A DNA stretch of 64,000 bases. It comes from Macrostomum hystrix (lineage: Eukaryota > Animalia > Platyhelminthes). The DNA is taken from positions 1,798,001-1,862,000 of the forward strand of contig CATNEN010000025.1 in the NCBI GenBank assembly GCA_950097015.1, in the 5' to 3' direction. Positions within the stretch are counted from its first letter, which is position 1; each line of letters starts with the position of its first letter. This document shows positions 11,261-24,651 of this stretch, in pieces. Both the position numbers and the translations under genes were made by a program. Under the pieces are notes generated by a model, which did not search any database, had not been told where the DNA came from, and saw only the letters and a list, made by a program, of their open reading frames with translations.

Positions 11261-12218
11261 ATACCCAAATTGACACCCAAATGAGCTTGGGGATTCCTCT
11301 GGGTTTCCCTGATCATTCAGTAACCCAGGTTCCCGAGATAAAAATTTCCCTTGATTGATTTCCAAGTATTTTAATTTGGGAAATTCTCTAGATTTAACCA
11401 CACATAATGGAACTTTCTTATACAATCTAAACACCAGGATTTCTGAGAACCCGATTCATAAATAATCTGTGTTAGAAAAAATTGATAAATAAAAAATAGA
11501 ACTCAAACAAAGAATATAACAATATAGTAAAGTTTTTAGTAAACTAATCATATTGATGTAGACACAAACGCATTATTCAATGATGAAGGAAAACGAACTA
11601 CAGCTTACAAATTAAACAAAATCGAGTAGGTAGGAAAGTATATTTGAAAAATGTGATTTGCTCAGTAGCGAAATCGAAAAATCATAACAAAATGTACACG
11701 TATTTCATATAAATGGTCAGCAATATGCGAAAATGAATGCATTTTTTAGTTTTTATAAATTTGCATTTTGGCAAACAACACAGCTGCTAAACTTTAGTAA
11801 CAAAACACCAAAGAAGGGATTTTTGTTTTTAACTAGAAAAATGCACCAAGTTTGCCACAAAAAATGCAGTCCAAAAATTAAACACACAAATAACAAACTC
11901 CGAGAGCAGGTCTATTGACAAAGAAAGATAAAAATATTTATTCTAATTTCTTGACTAAATCAAGTGATTTATATCACTTTCTTAAATGCCATACAAATCT
12001 TAAGATGCTGAAAGTAGTATAACAGGATATGACTATTATGAACTAATCTATATGTGTATTCACTAACTTTCATTACATAGACTCTTTAGTGGCAAAATTA
12101 TGCATAATAATATTATGAAAAGATTCTTAGAAAACACTACAAAACCTAAACTAGCACAAAGAACCGGTAAATAAAAACTATAAATCCTACTTAAAAGTAG
12201 TCAGTTTCGCCTACAATT

Positions 12219-15200
12219 TTAATCGAACGACACCGAATTGTTAGCGTTGCCAACGACTCCGCCGTTGGATTCTTGTTCACCAGGCGAGGCAGCCCGACGA
12301 TCCTGGTTGCCATAGCAACCATCGGAACGCATTGTCAAGCGTGCCAACTCGGCCAAATCGGCATAGTAACGCCTGACAACTTCCTCCTCGTGTGCGGTGT
12401 CTCGCTTGCGGACCATAACGTGAGCCTGTCGGCCAGTGCCATCGGCCGTTGCGTTGGCGTATTTGCCAGCTAGGCCAGTAACAAGATCTGCGAAATTGCG
12501 CGCCTCAGTTTTGGTGCCGAATTCTTCAACGTGGTCCTGATTTGGTCCTCTTAAAAAGGCTACAACAGACTGCAGCTGAGGCGAGTCGGGTATCCACGGC
12601 TGGCGCCAGCTGAACTCCGGTTCGCCAGGTCGCAATGATTCAATTAGTTGGTGCTGGCGCATCTTTAACAATTGCCGACAGGTGTGACTGTCCGTATGGA
12701 AGTTGTTCAGTAGTATTCGCTCGGCTAGATCGCGCAGAAGATTAGCATAGGCCAATTGCAAGTGGCGCCTATCGTCATCGGTGGCCGAATGACGCGGCTG
12801 GCCTAGAGATTCGATCAGGCGGAGAAATCTGTGCCAGAGCGGCTCCGATTGGACGGCGTGTAGAAAGTCGATCAATTCGGCTAATTTCTCATTGGCCAGT
12901 GAGCGCTGGCTCAAATAGGACCAATTGGATTGGGCCATGCTGAGCCGCAGTTCACCGATGCGGTACTGATTTTCTGCTGATTGAAGTAGGCTTTCAACTA
13001 GGGTGCACAGTAGGCGCTTGCCGCCGTCTGCAACGGCAGGGCGATCGGGTTTTTTATCGATGAAGAGTGGAAGGGGTAAAAGCTTTTGCCTTTCGCACCA
13101 ATATACATGAGCTCGATTCTGCGGCGAGGCCACATTCATTTGGGGCGCAGCCACGGAGAGAAGGCCAGGAGGGCTTGTCGTGCAATTTACGCCCTTAAGG
13201 GGGAACCTACAAGTCACAGTGAGAGTGTACACAGCCTGGCGATGAGAAAGTCAGGGCGGATGTACACACGTGTGTGAGTGTGTGCCTGCGTACAGTATCT
13301 GTGTGCGTGTGTGCTCAGGAGTCAGCGAAATGGGCAGAATTGCCTCCTCGCTGGCTGCGGGTCTAGTGTCACCATATTATGTGCCATTGCCCGCAGCTCT
13401 CCTGCAATTATTATTATTAAGGGACAAGAAGGGGAAAAGTTAGAAAGAATGGTATTGGATAGGAGGAGGAAAAGGGGAATAATAATAAATAGTAAGGGAA
13501 TTAGAAGACAAAAAATATGGAGAAGGTAGATTAGCGGGAAGGGGAGAGGAAAAAGAGAAGAGAGAGATGGGATAAATAAAGTAGAATGGAAGGTAGGAAA
13601 ATATAGTAGAATGAAGATGAAAGGCGGGTGAGGAATTAGAGAAAAGTACATTCGGAAAGCACTCACTAGACTGTCTCGATCGGCCAGCTAGAAAGCAGCG
13701 CAAAGATTTGGCAATGAATTTGCCAGAGTCGGAGACATTCTTGTCGACAAAATCGACCAATCGGCGGCAGAGGCTCTCTTGCTCGCAGGCTAGGAGGCAC
13801 TGCAGGCCGAATCGAACAATGGGGTTGTCGGCTCCGTCAGAGCCGGATAGCTGCTGCTGCTGTTGCTCCTGACCGGAAATACTATTGACCCTGGACTGAG
13901 CATCCAGTGAGCGATTCAGCAGCTCGGCTAGCGGCTTAGGCAACGCGTTGGACTCGCAGGAGCTCAGGGCTTCTTCCAAGCTGGGGCACCATCTGCAGTG
14001 GCGGCAAGCAAGAATTGAGTAGATGCACCTGAAGCCTTCCCTCTCTGCCCATGTCTGATTCTCACCCCTACTCATGTACGTCCTCTCACCCCTACTCATG
14101 TACGTCCTCTCACCCCTACTCATGTACGTCCTCTCACCCCTACTCATGTACGTCCTCTCACCCCTAGCATTTACGTCCTCTCACCCCTACTCATGTACGA
14201 GTATGTCTTCTCACCCCTAGTCATGTATGTCTTCTCACCCCTAGTCATGTACGTCTTCTCACCCCTAGTCATGTCCGTCTTCTCAGCCCTAGTCATGCCC
14301 GTCTTCTCACTCCTAGTCATGTCCGTCTTCTCACCCCTAGTCATGCCCATCTTCTCACCCCTAGTCATGTCCGTCTTCTCACCCCTAGTCATGTCAGTCT
14401 TCTCACCCCTAGTCATGTACGTCTTCTCACCCCTAGTCATGTACGTCTTCTCACCCCTAGTCATGTCAGTCTTCTCACCCCTAGTCATGTCCGTCTTCTC
14501 ACCCCTAGCATTTACGTCTTCTCACCCCTAGTCATGCCCGTCTTCTCACCCCTAGCCATGCCCATCTTCTCACCCCTAGTCATGTCCGTCTTCTCAGCCC
14601 TAGTCATGCCCGTCTTCTCACTCCTAGTCATGTCCGTCTTCTCACCCCTAGTCATGCCCATCTTCTCACCCCTAGTCATGTCCGTCTTCTCACCCCTAGC
14701 ATTTACGTCCTCTCACCCCTACTCATGTATGTCTTCTCACCCCTAGTCATGTCCGTCTTCTCACCCCTAGTCATGTCCGTCTTCTCACCACTACCCATGT
14801 CTGTCTTTTCTCCCTACCCATGTCTATCTTCTCTCCCTAGTCATAGTCTCTCCCTACCTATACGTGTCTTCTCCCCTACCCATGCCTGACTCCTCCCCCT
14901 ACCCATGTGTGTCCTCTGACCCCAACACATGTCAGTCAGTCTTCCTGGCCAAAGAAAAGCAGGCGACGAACCTAGCCAGATAGGACAGACTGACAGCGGG
15001 CAAAGCTTGAATGAGCCGCATCAGGCTGGACTCGAGAGCGGCCCAGCCGAACCGGCAAGCCAGGCCGTAGATTCGTTCAGCGGTGGCGGCGCTTCTAACA
15101 CCGAAGCAGGTGACGAGGCCGGACCGGGTTCTGAACTGGCGGGCGAGAACATCGCCTAGGAACCGATTGGCCAGGGAGGCGTCGCCAAGCTGGCCGATGA

Positions 15201-18200
15201 CGCGAAGCAGCTCGCAGTCAGCTGGCGGCCTCAAAGGATGCTGGAACTTTGGCCAGTCGGTTTCGTTGGCCACGGAGTCCAGGAGGCAACGCATGACACG
15301 GGGCAGGCCCGGGTGGCAGCGACGGCCAAAGTGCAGGGTGAGGCTCACCTGGGTGGGTGGGAGAGAAAATAGGAGCGAATAAAATAGATCACTGGCGTAA
15401 TCCTTTAGAGACGGATAAAATGGACTGCTAGTCTAACCCATCAGGGAAGGGATAGAATGGATTGCTAGTCTAACCCATCAGGGAAGGGATAAAATGGATT
15501 GCTAGTCTAACCCATCAGGGAAGGGATAGAATGGATTGCTAGTCTAACCTATCAGAGAAGGGATAGAATGGATTGCTAATCTAACCCATCAGGGAAGGGA
15601 TAGAATCGATTGCTAGTCTAACCTATCAGGGAAGGGATAGAATGGATTGCTAGTCTAACCCAATCGAAAAGGGATAAAATTGCTTGTTAGTCTAACCTAT
15701 TACAAGTTGTAGGTAAGGGATAGAATGGATTGCTAGTCCAACCCATCAGATCGAAGGGATAAAATAGATTGCTTAACTAGACAGATGAGTGAAGGGATAG
15801 AACAGATGGCTATCAGGGTGCAACAGCAGTCGCCCGATCTCACCAGAGCATTCAGGCCGCAGCCCCTGGCCAGATCGAAGCTGCGGTCAGCGGGCCAGGC
15901 CACGATGGCGAATCGATCAACAAAGGTGCCTGTGTTGGGGTCAACTGTGACAGCCATGGTCTCGGCATCACCGTTCATGAGTTCGTCTGGCTCAAGCAGC
16001 AGCTCGGAGACGCGCATGCCGCAGACATACTCAAACAGAGCTCCGTCCAGACTGTAGAAGTGTTTGAAGGCCGCCAGCTCCGTCGCGGTGATCGGCGGGC
16101 CGCCGGTGCCAGCCAAGGCGGCTGACGCGGCCTCGGACCTGACGATTGGCAGCGTCATCTGCTGGCTCTGGGCTAGCCGACCCGCTGATGTCATCGCGGC
16201 GGCTGCGTCCGAGTTGCCATCAGCGGCGGCGACTTCAATGAGCAGCGGAACGGCCGCATGGCTGGCCGCACCTGCCGCCGCTTGCAGCTGCTGCCGCTGC
16301 TGCCTACGAGCAATCTGACGCCGCCTGCGCCAGTCAGGCTGCAGCAGGGCAATGAAGCACTCCAGCTTGGTGCGGCTGTTCGGCCACTCCTCCTGCAGCA
16401 GATGCAGCACGTGACGATCTTCGCCCTGCAGAGCTGCACCTCCGTCTCTGTGTGAATGAGGACAGTGAAAAATACCTAGCTGGGTTCTGATCCATTGAAT
16501 TCAGAGTGGATTAAGAATCCAGATCCCATTTAGAATCCAGATCCCAACTAGAATCCAGATCCCATTTAGAATCCAGATCCCATCTAGAATCCAGATCCCA
16601 TCTAGAATCCAGATCCCATTTAGAATCCAGATCCCATTTAGAATCCAGATCCCAACTAGAATCCAGATCCCAACTAGAATCCAGATCCCAACTAGAATCC
16701 AGATCCAATTTAGAATCCTGATCATATTCAGATTGCATATTAATTCCATAATTACATTCTTATATCAATATAATTCCATAATTATTCTCAAGGAGTTGAT
16801 TCAGAAGCACCTGAAAAGTAACAAATCTCACCTGGCCATCTGTTCAGTGGTGTATCGGCCGCGTAAAGCCCATACTATGCGCACAGCAGGAAAGTCTTCT
16901 TCAGCCATGTTGCGCAACAGTTCGTTAATATCCTCACGCGGCGGTGTTGGCATCGGAGGCGGACGCGTCGGTGTTACCTGCCGCTGCTGCCTCAGAGGCG
17001 AGCCGCGAAGGCCATCGGCAACCACCACGTATTGCAGCAGCAGCTGGCAGCCGGATTTAATTGGCTCCATGTCAATCTGAGCAGGCAGGTGGAAAACAAT
17101 GAGATTCAAGCATCCCAAACTAGCCTGTACATAAATTTCCTGTACATAAGGAAAAAACCTGTCACACCATATATATCTGTTCTTCAAGCTGTAACTGCGC
17201 ATAATAATCATACTGTCATCAATTATTCTACAACTGACTCTACGACAATTGTTTCACCTGTTACTAATTCTACACCTGTTGTGTTAACTCTCATCTACCA
17301 TACACCTGTTTTATTACCATTCACCTACATTACACCTGTTGCGTCGCGTGTCACCTACTCTACACCTGATTTGTCAACTACTCTACACCTGTTTTTTTCA
17401 ACTACTCTACGCCTGATTTGTCAACTACTCTACACCTGATTTGTCAACTACTCTACACCTGTTTTGTCAACTACTCTACACCTGTTTTTTTCAACTACTC
17501 TACGCCTGATTTGTCAACTACTCTACACCTGATTTGTCAACTACTCTACACCTGATTTGTCAACTACTCTACACCTGATTTGTCAACTACTCTACACCTG
17601 TTTTGTCAACTACTCTACGCCTGATTTGTCAACTACTCTACACCTGATTTGTCAACTACTCTACACCTGTTTTGTCAACTACTCTACACCTGATTTGTCA
17701 ACTACTCTACACCTGATTTGTCAACTACTCTACACCTGATTTGTCAACTACTCTACACCTGATTTGTCAACTACTCTACACCTGATTTGTCAACTACTCT
17801 ACACCTGATTTGTCAACTACTCTACACCTGATTTGTCAACTACTCTACACCTGATTTGTCAACTACTCTACACCTGATTTGTCAACTACTCTACACCTGA
17901 TTTGTCAACTACTCTACGCCTGTTTTGTCAACTACTCTACACCTGATTTGTCAACTACTCCACCCCTGATTTGTCAACTACTCTACACCTGTTTTGTCAA
18001 CTACTCTACACCTGATTTGTCAACTACTCTACACCTGATTTGTCAAATACTCTACACCTGATTTGTTAACTACTCTACACCTGATTTGTCAACTACTCCA
18101 CCCCTGATTTGTCAACTACTCTACACCTGATTTGTCAACTACTCTACACCTGATTTGTCAACTACTCTACACCTGATTTGTCAACTACTCTACACCTGAT

Positions 18201-20134
18201 TTGTCAACTACTCTACACCTGATTTGTCAACTACTCTACACCCTGTTTTGTCAACTACTCTACACCTGTTTTGTCAACTACTCTACACCTGATTTGTCAA
18301 CTACTCTACACCTGATTTGTCAACTACTCTACGCCTGTTTTGTCAACTACTCTACACCTGTTTTGTCAACTACTCTACACCTGATTTGTCAACTACTCCA
18401 CCCCTGATTTGTCAACTACTCCACCCCTGATTTGTCAACTACTCTACACCTGATTTGTCAACTACTCTACACCTGATTTGTCAACTACTCTACACCTGAT
18501 TTGTCAACTACTCTACACCTGATTTGTCAACTACTCTACACCTGATTTGTCAACTACTCTACACCTGATTTGTCAACTACTCTACACCTGTTTTGTCAAC
18601 TACTCTACACCTGATTTGTCAACTACTCTACACCTGTTTTGTCAACTACTCTACACCTGATTTGTCAACTACTCTACACCTGATTTGTTAACTACTCTAC
18701 ACCTGATTTGTCAACTACTCCACCCCTGATTTGTCAACTACTCTACACCTGATTTGTCAACTACTCTACACCTTCTTTTGTCAACTACTCTACACCTGAT
18801 TTGTCAACTACTCTACACCTGATTTGTCAACTACTCTACACCTGATTTGTCAACTACTCTACACCTGATTTGTTAACTACTCTACACCTGATTTGTCAAC
18901 TACTCTACACCTGATTTGTCAACTACTCTACACCTGATTTGTCAACTACTCTACACCTGATTTGTCAACTACTCTACACCTGATTTGTCAACTACTCTAC
19001 ACCTGATTTGTCAACTACTCTACACCTGATTTGTCAACTACTCTACGCCTGTTTTGTCAACTACTCTACACCTGATTTGTCAACTACTCCACCCCTGATT
19101 TGTCAACTACTCTACACCTGATTTGTCACCTACTCTACAATCCAATAGTTTCTCGTATCCAATAATCTTTCTCAGCAGTTCTGTCGCCTGTCTACTGTCT
19201 CCAAGCCGAACTAACGCACCTTGACAAGGCAGCCAGACTCGCCGCAAGGCAGACAGGCGTAGCTACACTGGAAGGTCTCAACAGCATCGGCGCCGCTGTC
19301 CATTCCATCGTCGAATAAAATGGTAGAGTTGTGTGACGATTCCGGCTGCGTCGTCAGCGTCGCCGGCTCCAGGGAGCGGCCGGAGACGCTTAGCCGGCCG
19401 CCGGCTAGCAGCGACGGCGGCCGAATCAGCAGCAGAGCCGTAGGCGGCTGCGGGCTGCCGACGCTGCTGCCATTGCGACAGGCGTCGACTAGATCGTCGG
19501 CTACGCTGACGTCGCCAACGCCGACTGCTGCGGCGGCGTGCTGAGCAACGCAGCCGGCCTCCAACGCCAGCAGGCGTAGAAACTGGCAACGCCAGCGAGG
19601 AGGCGGCGAACGGCCGTCAGGATCGTCAAGACGGCCACCGTACAAAGCCCCGGCTGCGGTTACGGCCAATTCGTGTACAGCCGATGAGAATGCGGAATTG
19701 TTAATGTAGACCAGATCACTCCTGGCCTGTGACACGCAGGTGGCAAAATCTGCATCATTATTGGATGACTGGCGAACCACAACAGGCTGACAACAGGCCA
19801 ACAGTTCGTAAGCTAAAGCAGACGGTACAAAGGGCAGCGGAACTGCTTTATCGGCTATGGATAGGCCAAGAGCCGATGGCAAATTGGTGGCAATGCCGGA
19901 GCGGAATTCACACACTGGAGCTACTGGCACAGCTGGCACAACGCCAGACTGAGGAGCGTTGTCAGCAGTGGATGTTGAAGCTGCAGTGGGCGTTGTCTCC
20001 GACATTCGTCTAGCGGCCCTAGCAACAAAGGCCTTCGATAGTCGACGACGAAAATCGGCAAGAACAACGGCCGGATCGAGGCGGGCTCGCTTAATGTCTG
20101 GCGGGGTGGATGCTGACGGCGGAGATTCCATCAT
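12219..20134 (-). CDS. Large (~1100 aa) protein with an N-terminal degenerate 2OG-Fe(II) oxygenase-like domain and a helical C-terminal region; exons 19220-20134 (open frame to 20218), 16832-17076, 15844-16447, 14972-15348, 13667-14028, 12219-13027
   Basis: All six exons join in frame via GT-AG introns (phases 0,2,0,2,1; 3396 nt from 20218). Motifs [40 protein letters not shown]...[45 protein letters not shown]...[23 protein letters not shown]...VVAFLRG follow the order of a PF13640-type oxygenase family as I recall it from fungi, oomycetes, bacteria and some invertebrates. The exon structure is more certain than the family call; the donor at 14971 (GTTCGT) is weak. Confidence 0.75.
13085..13400 (+). 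mobile_element. SINE family A copy, antisense within the last intron of the oxygenase-like gene
   Basis: GCCTTTCGCACC...GAGCTCGATTC...GGCCACATTCATTTGGGGCGCAGCC...GGGCAGAATTGCCTCCTCGCTGGCTGCGGGTCT...CTCCTGCAATT(ATT)n tail. Confidence 0.8.
14045..14925. repeat. Intronic minisatellite, 24 bp unit CTTCTCACCCCTAGTCATGTCCGT
   Basis: About 35 copies fill intron 14029-14971 and decay toward 14925. Confidence 0.95.
15410..15815 (-). repeat. 37 bp minisatellite family, locus 2 (inverted), intronic
   Basis: Plus-strand unit GGATAGAATGGATTGCTAGTCTAACCCATCAGGGAAG is the reverse complement of the family unit; about 11 copies. Confidence 0.92.
16510..16725. repeat. Intronic minisatellite, 18 bp unit GAATCCAGATCCCA(TTTA/ACTA)
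   Basis: About 12 copies; explains ORFs 16501..16749 and 16511..16738. Confidence 0.95.
17330..19140. repeat. Intronic minisatellite, 23 bp unit TACACCTGATTTGTCAACTACTC
   Basis: About 78 highly similar copies fill intron 1 of the oxygenase-like gene. Confidence 0.98.
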
Positions 20135-20282
20135 GCGTTTTTTTGTAGGCTGAGTGACTCTGAAAAGTGCATTGGGTCCTTTGAAATTAGTAGTTCTCGA
20201 CGTCCTCGACGAGGACACACTGATTTGACTCTCTGAAGGGCTTGAACAGAGAGCCGCGATTGGTGAATCGAGTCAAATTTAG

Positions 20283-22142
20283 AGTGAATGAGTGAGTGAG
20301 TAGGTGAGTGAGTGAGTGAGTGAGTGAGTGGGTGAGTGAGTGGGTGAGTGAGTGAGTGGGTGAGTGAGTGGGTGAGTGAGTGAGTGGGTGAGTGAGTGAG
20401 TGGGTGAGTGAATGAGTGAGTGAGTGAGTGAGTGAGTGAGTGAGTGAGTGAGTGGGTGAGTGGGTGAGTGAGTGAGTGAGTGAGTGAGTGAGTGAGTGGG
20501 TGAGTGGGTGAGTGAGTGAGTGAGTGGGTGGATGAGTGAGTGAGTGAGTGAGTGGGTGAGTGAGTGAGTGGGTGAGTGAATGAGTGAGTGAGTGAGTGAG
20601 TGAGTGAGTGAGTGAGTGAGTGGGTGAGTGAGTGAGTGAGTGGGTGAGTGAGTGAGTGGGTGAGTGGGTGAGTGAGTGAGTGGGTGAGTGAGTGGGTGGA
20701 TGAGTGAGTGAGTGAGTGAGTGAGTGGGTGAGTGAGTGAGTGGGTGAGTGAGTGAATGAATGAGTGAGTGAGTGAGTGAGTGAGTGAGTGAGTGAGTGAG
20801 TGGGTGAGTGAGTGAGTGAGTGAGTGAGTGAGTGGGTGAGTTAGTGAGTGAGTGAGTGAGTGAGTGAGTGAGTGAGTGAGTGAGTGGGTGAGTGAGTGAG
20901 TGGGTGAGTGAATGAGTGAGTGATTGAGTGAGTGAGTGAGTGAGTGAGTGAGTGAGTGGGTGAGTGAGTGAGTGAGTGAGTGGGTGAGTGAGTGAGTGAG
21001 TGAGTGGGTGAGTGAGTGAGTGGGTGAGTGAGTGAATGAGTGAGTGAGTGAGTGAGTGAGTGAGTGAGTGAGTGAGTGGGTGAGTGAGTGAATGAATGAG
21101 TGAGTCAGTGAGTGAGTGAGTGAGTGAGTGAGTGAGTGAGTGAGTGGGTGAGTGAGTGAGTGAGTGAGTGGGTGAGTTAGTGAGTGAGTGAGTGAGTGAG
21201 TGAGTGAGTGAGTGAGTGAGTGAGTGAGTGAGTGAGTGGGTGAGTGAGTGAGTGAGTGAGTGAGTGGGTGAGTGGGTGAGTGAGTGAGTGGGTGAGTGAG
21301 TGGGTGGATGAGTGAGTGAGTGAGTGAGTGAGTGAGTGAGTGAGTGAGTGAGTGAGTGGGTGAGTGAGTGAGTGGGTGAGTGAATGAGTGAGTGAGTGAG
21401 TGAGTGAGTGAGTGAGTGAGTGAGTGAGTGGGTGAGTGAGTGAGTGAGTGAGTGGGTGAGTGAGTGGGTGAGTGAGTGAATGAGTGAGTGAGTGAGTGAG
21501 TGAGTGAGTGAGTGAGTGAGTGAGTGAGTGGGTGAGTGAGTGAGTGAGTGAGTGAGTGGGTGAGTGGGCGAGTGAGTGAGTGGGTGATTGAGTGGGTGAG
21601 TGAATGAATGAGTGAGTGAGTGAGTGAGTGGGTGAGTGGGTGAGTGAGTGAGTGGGTGAGTGAGTGAGTGAGTGAGTGAGTGGGTGAGTTAGTGAGTGGG
21701 TGAGTGAATGAGTGAGTGAGTGAGTGAGTGAGTGAGTGAGTGAGTGAGTGGGTGAGTGAGTGAGTGAGTGAGTGGGTGAGTGAGTGAGTGGGTGAGTGAG
21801 TGAATGAGTGAGTGAGTGAGTGAGTGAGTGAGTGAGTGAGTGAGTGAGTGAGTGAGTGAGTGGGTGAGTGGGCGAGTGAGTGAGTGGGTGATTGAGTGGG
21901 TGAGTGAATGAATGAGTGAGTGAGTGAGTGAGTGAGTGAGTGAGTGGGTGAGTGAGTGAGTGGGTGATTGAGTGGGTGAGTGAGTGAGTGAGTGGGTGAG
22001 TGAGTGGGTGAGTGAGTGGGTGAGTGAGTGAGTGAGTGAGTGAGTGGGTGAGTGGGTGAGTGAGTGGGTGAGTGAGTGGGTGAGTGAGTGAGTGGGTGAG
22101 TGGGTGAGTGAGTGAGAACGTAAGTAGGTGGGTGAGTGAGTA
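20283..22142. repeat. (GAGT)n microsatellite with GGGT/GAAT variants, ~1.85 kb
   Basis: Directly visible; lies between DCAF17 and the oxygenase-like gene. Confidence 0.98.
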
Positions 22143-22629
22143 GAAAAATTTAGTACTATCATAATCCTATATTTGTAATCAGGGCACATGCAGCTACTGA
22201 CTAGAGCAGGCTAATCATCATATCAACTAAAAACCTTAGGGTGAAATGACAACCTAGACAAGAAGACAAGACTGAAGGAACATAACAGTTAAAGAAAAAT
22301 CCAGCTACAGAAAAACAAAAAATAGATAAATCTAAAATATTTTATTATTCAAATTTAACTTTACAAGCAACGGTCGCTTTAGATAGCGCGAAAAAGCTTA
22401 TTCAACTGAATTAGATGGAAATGCTATATTATAACGTGTAAACTAAAAAAACGTAGGGTTGTATAGTTGGCGTATAACAAACAGCTTGTCAAATAATTTT
22501 AACACGGCTCAATTTAACAGCTCAATCCTGAAACCTATGCTCCAATGGTCGTAATTTGAAAAGTCAGTTCACCCGACCTAAAAATGTCAGTTCAAATTCT
22601 TGTCGTAGCTTTTAGGGAAGTTTTAGCCT

Positions 22630-22790
22630 TGTGGTTTACCATCGGACTAACTTGAAGGTCGGGTGTTCTATTCCCGACTCCAATAGAACAATTTGTGCAA
22701 GATACCTGACTGTTAAATGAGTAACAACATTAGTTGGGGTAATTGGTGGTAGATATGGCACTTATCCGCTTAATAGTTATTATTAATCTG
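22630..22790 (+). mobile_element. Degenerate SINE family B fragment
   Basis: GGTCGGGTGTTCTATTCCCGACTCCAATAGAACAATTTGTGCAAGATACC resembles the head and core of the 58580-58865 copy. Confidence 0.4.
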
Positions 22791-22804
22791 CAATTATCAG
22801 CAGT

Positions 22805-24651
22805 TCAGAGCAGGCAGAACACTGCATGCCTATAAGCGTTGCACCGGTTCCTAGCCGATACCAGAATCAAGTCGCGATCCATGCACAAATTGAGCTCATC
22901 GTGCTCCTCCCAACGGAAGCCGGCACCTAACGGCAAGGTGGCCAATCTTTGATAATTGCGACTATCAAACAGGTGCAGACAGCCGTCAAACGATTCCCTA
23001 CCAGGATGATAGCGACCCGTCAGCACTACTAGGATAGCCAATTCGTCTTCGTAATCAACACAATGAACCGAGCGCGGCTGGAAGAATGCCTGGTTATGCT
23101 CCTCTCGATGACGCATTCGGACTAGCCTACCCGATCTGGTAGTGGTTGCAGCATTACTACTCACAGTAGATGCATCGTTGACAAGCGCATTGTCGACATT
23201 GAATTGAAAATGAAACTCCTTTACCAGACTATGCTCCGTGGCGGTCAGAATGCTAACCGAATGCGATCTGGTCACCAACAAACGGCCCGATTCGTCCGGA
23301 TGAAACGACACCAATTTTTCGCCGGAATCGCAGCAATTGGAATCTGCCGAATATTGATTATTTCCATTGTTATCGTCAAGCATTGACAAATCTAATCGTT
23401 TGATAATATTTGATCTGGTCTTGCTAAGCGGTTCAATTAAGAAGACGGTCCTGCCACTGCTGGTATTGCTGCTGTTAGTATTGACAATAGGCGGAGAATA
23501 CAGGGCGTGCCAAGGCGATTTGCCAAACTCGGCATCGCACTGATCGCAGTCTAAGGTTAGCAGACAGGGCGGCAGCTGGTGTACCATATGCCGAGCAATG
23601 CTCAGTTTTTCATTGTCGATTTTGATGTCACTGTTAATCTCAGCTTCAGAGAGTAATCGTCGCATATCGTATAGACGAATTGAACGGCCAAAGCAGTGCA
23701 CAATGAGGGCGCTTTGAACTGCTCGCATATTTCTTGCACCGCGAGGCAACGCCTTCGAGGTCAGTAGTATCAGGGTGCCATTGGCTAGAGTGGGCACGTC
23801 CAATATTAAGAAACTCTTCGCCACACCTTGAGACCGCGGACTGAAAGTGGAATCTAACACCACGGAATAGCCGGCGTCGTACCAGTCCAGGCCAACAAAT
23901 CTGGGGCGAAATTTGTGAAAATGCTAAACAATTAACTGTTAGCAAATCTCTTTATTTTCTATAATAAGCTCAAAATCTTACAGAATGTTAACAAACTTGA
24001 GTTATCACACTAAGCCCTGATTAATAACAGACTTAAAATATCACCCTGACCTCGAACTCACTTAATCCCCAAGCTGCCAAGGCACACGGCTCGGTCTAGT
24101 TGAAGCTGTTCAGACCAGGTCAGGCACATCTGCATCAGACGATTATTCCTGCTTAGCGTCAGCACGGCGGCCGAGTGACCGCAGGCGGCCCTGTCTGGCA
24201 GGGAATAATACAGAGTTTCGCCGCCCAGAGCAGGAGCTCCGCCAGCTGGCATCGGCAATGATAAGCCGCCAAGTCGACGCATCGACAGACGGCCTGGCGA
24301 GTCGACGCCAACGCACGGGCGACGATCAATGGAGCAGACTCTAACACCGCCGCCACCATTGGGGAATACAAAGCGGGACATAAACAGAAGCGGTCTCTGA
24401 GAGTCCGTGTACAGAAAAGGCACACCGGCCCTGTGATTATTAGCACCTTCATCATCTTCACTAGCCACGCGTTCATTGGCATTGTCTAGCCTGCTACTAT
24501 ACAGCAGTTTAAGCATGCGACAACCATAATATTGACAGCAGTCCCAGTTCCTATAGAGGCGTCCACGGCCAAGACGCCATTGTTCTAAGAGTTTTAAAGC
24601 ATTGTTCTCTTTATCGCAGCTAACAGATGTTGAACGATGCTGATTGGACAA
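22805..24651 (-). CDS. DCAF17: DDB1- and CUL4-associated factor 17; exons 24062-24651 and 22805-23900 (561 codons); no ATG at the start of exon 1
   Basis: VLTLSRNNRLM, IK|FVGLDW, GKSPWH.LYSP, NCCD....VSFHPDESGRLL, TTRSGRLVR, VDYEDELAIL, MDRDLIL parallel human DCAF17 (LIALTAHNWLL, CKFRYLSW, GGHPWHYIVTP, DCC...YFHPDASGRII, TASGRVVK, VDYEDELDLL, FDRDLVL). A phase-2 GTGAGT...CAG intron keeps the frame. Confidence 0.9.

Noticed and set aside
13028-13232. N-terminal 68 aa of ORF 12219..13232
   Set aside because: It is intronic and largely the antisense of a SINE A copy; the real exon begins at the acceptor at 13027.
20283-22142. Telomeric or interstitial telomere repeat
   Set aside because: The unit is GAGT/GGGT, not TTAGGG or a known variant, and genes flank it on both sides.
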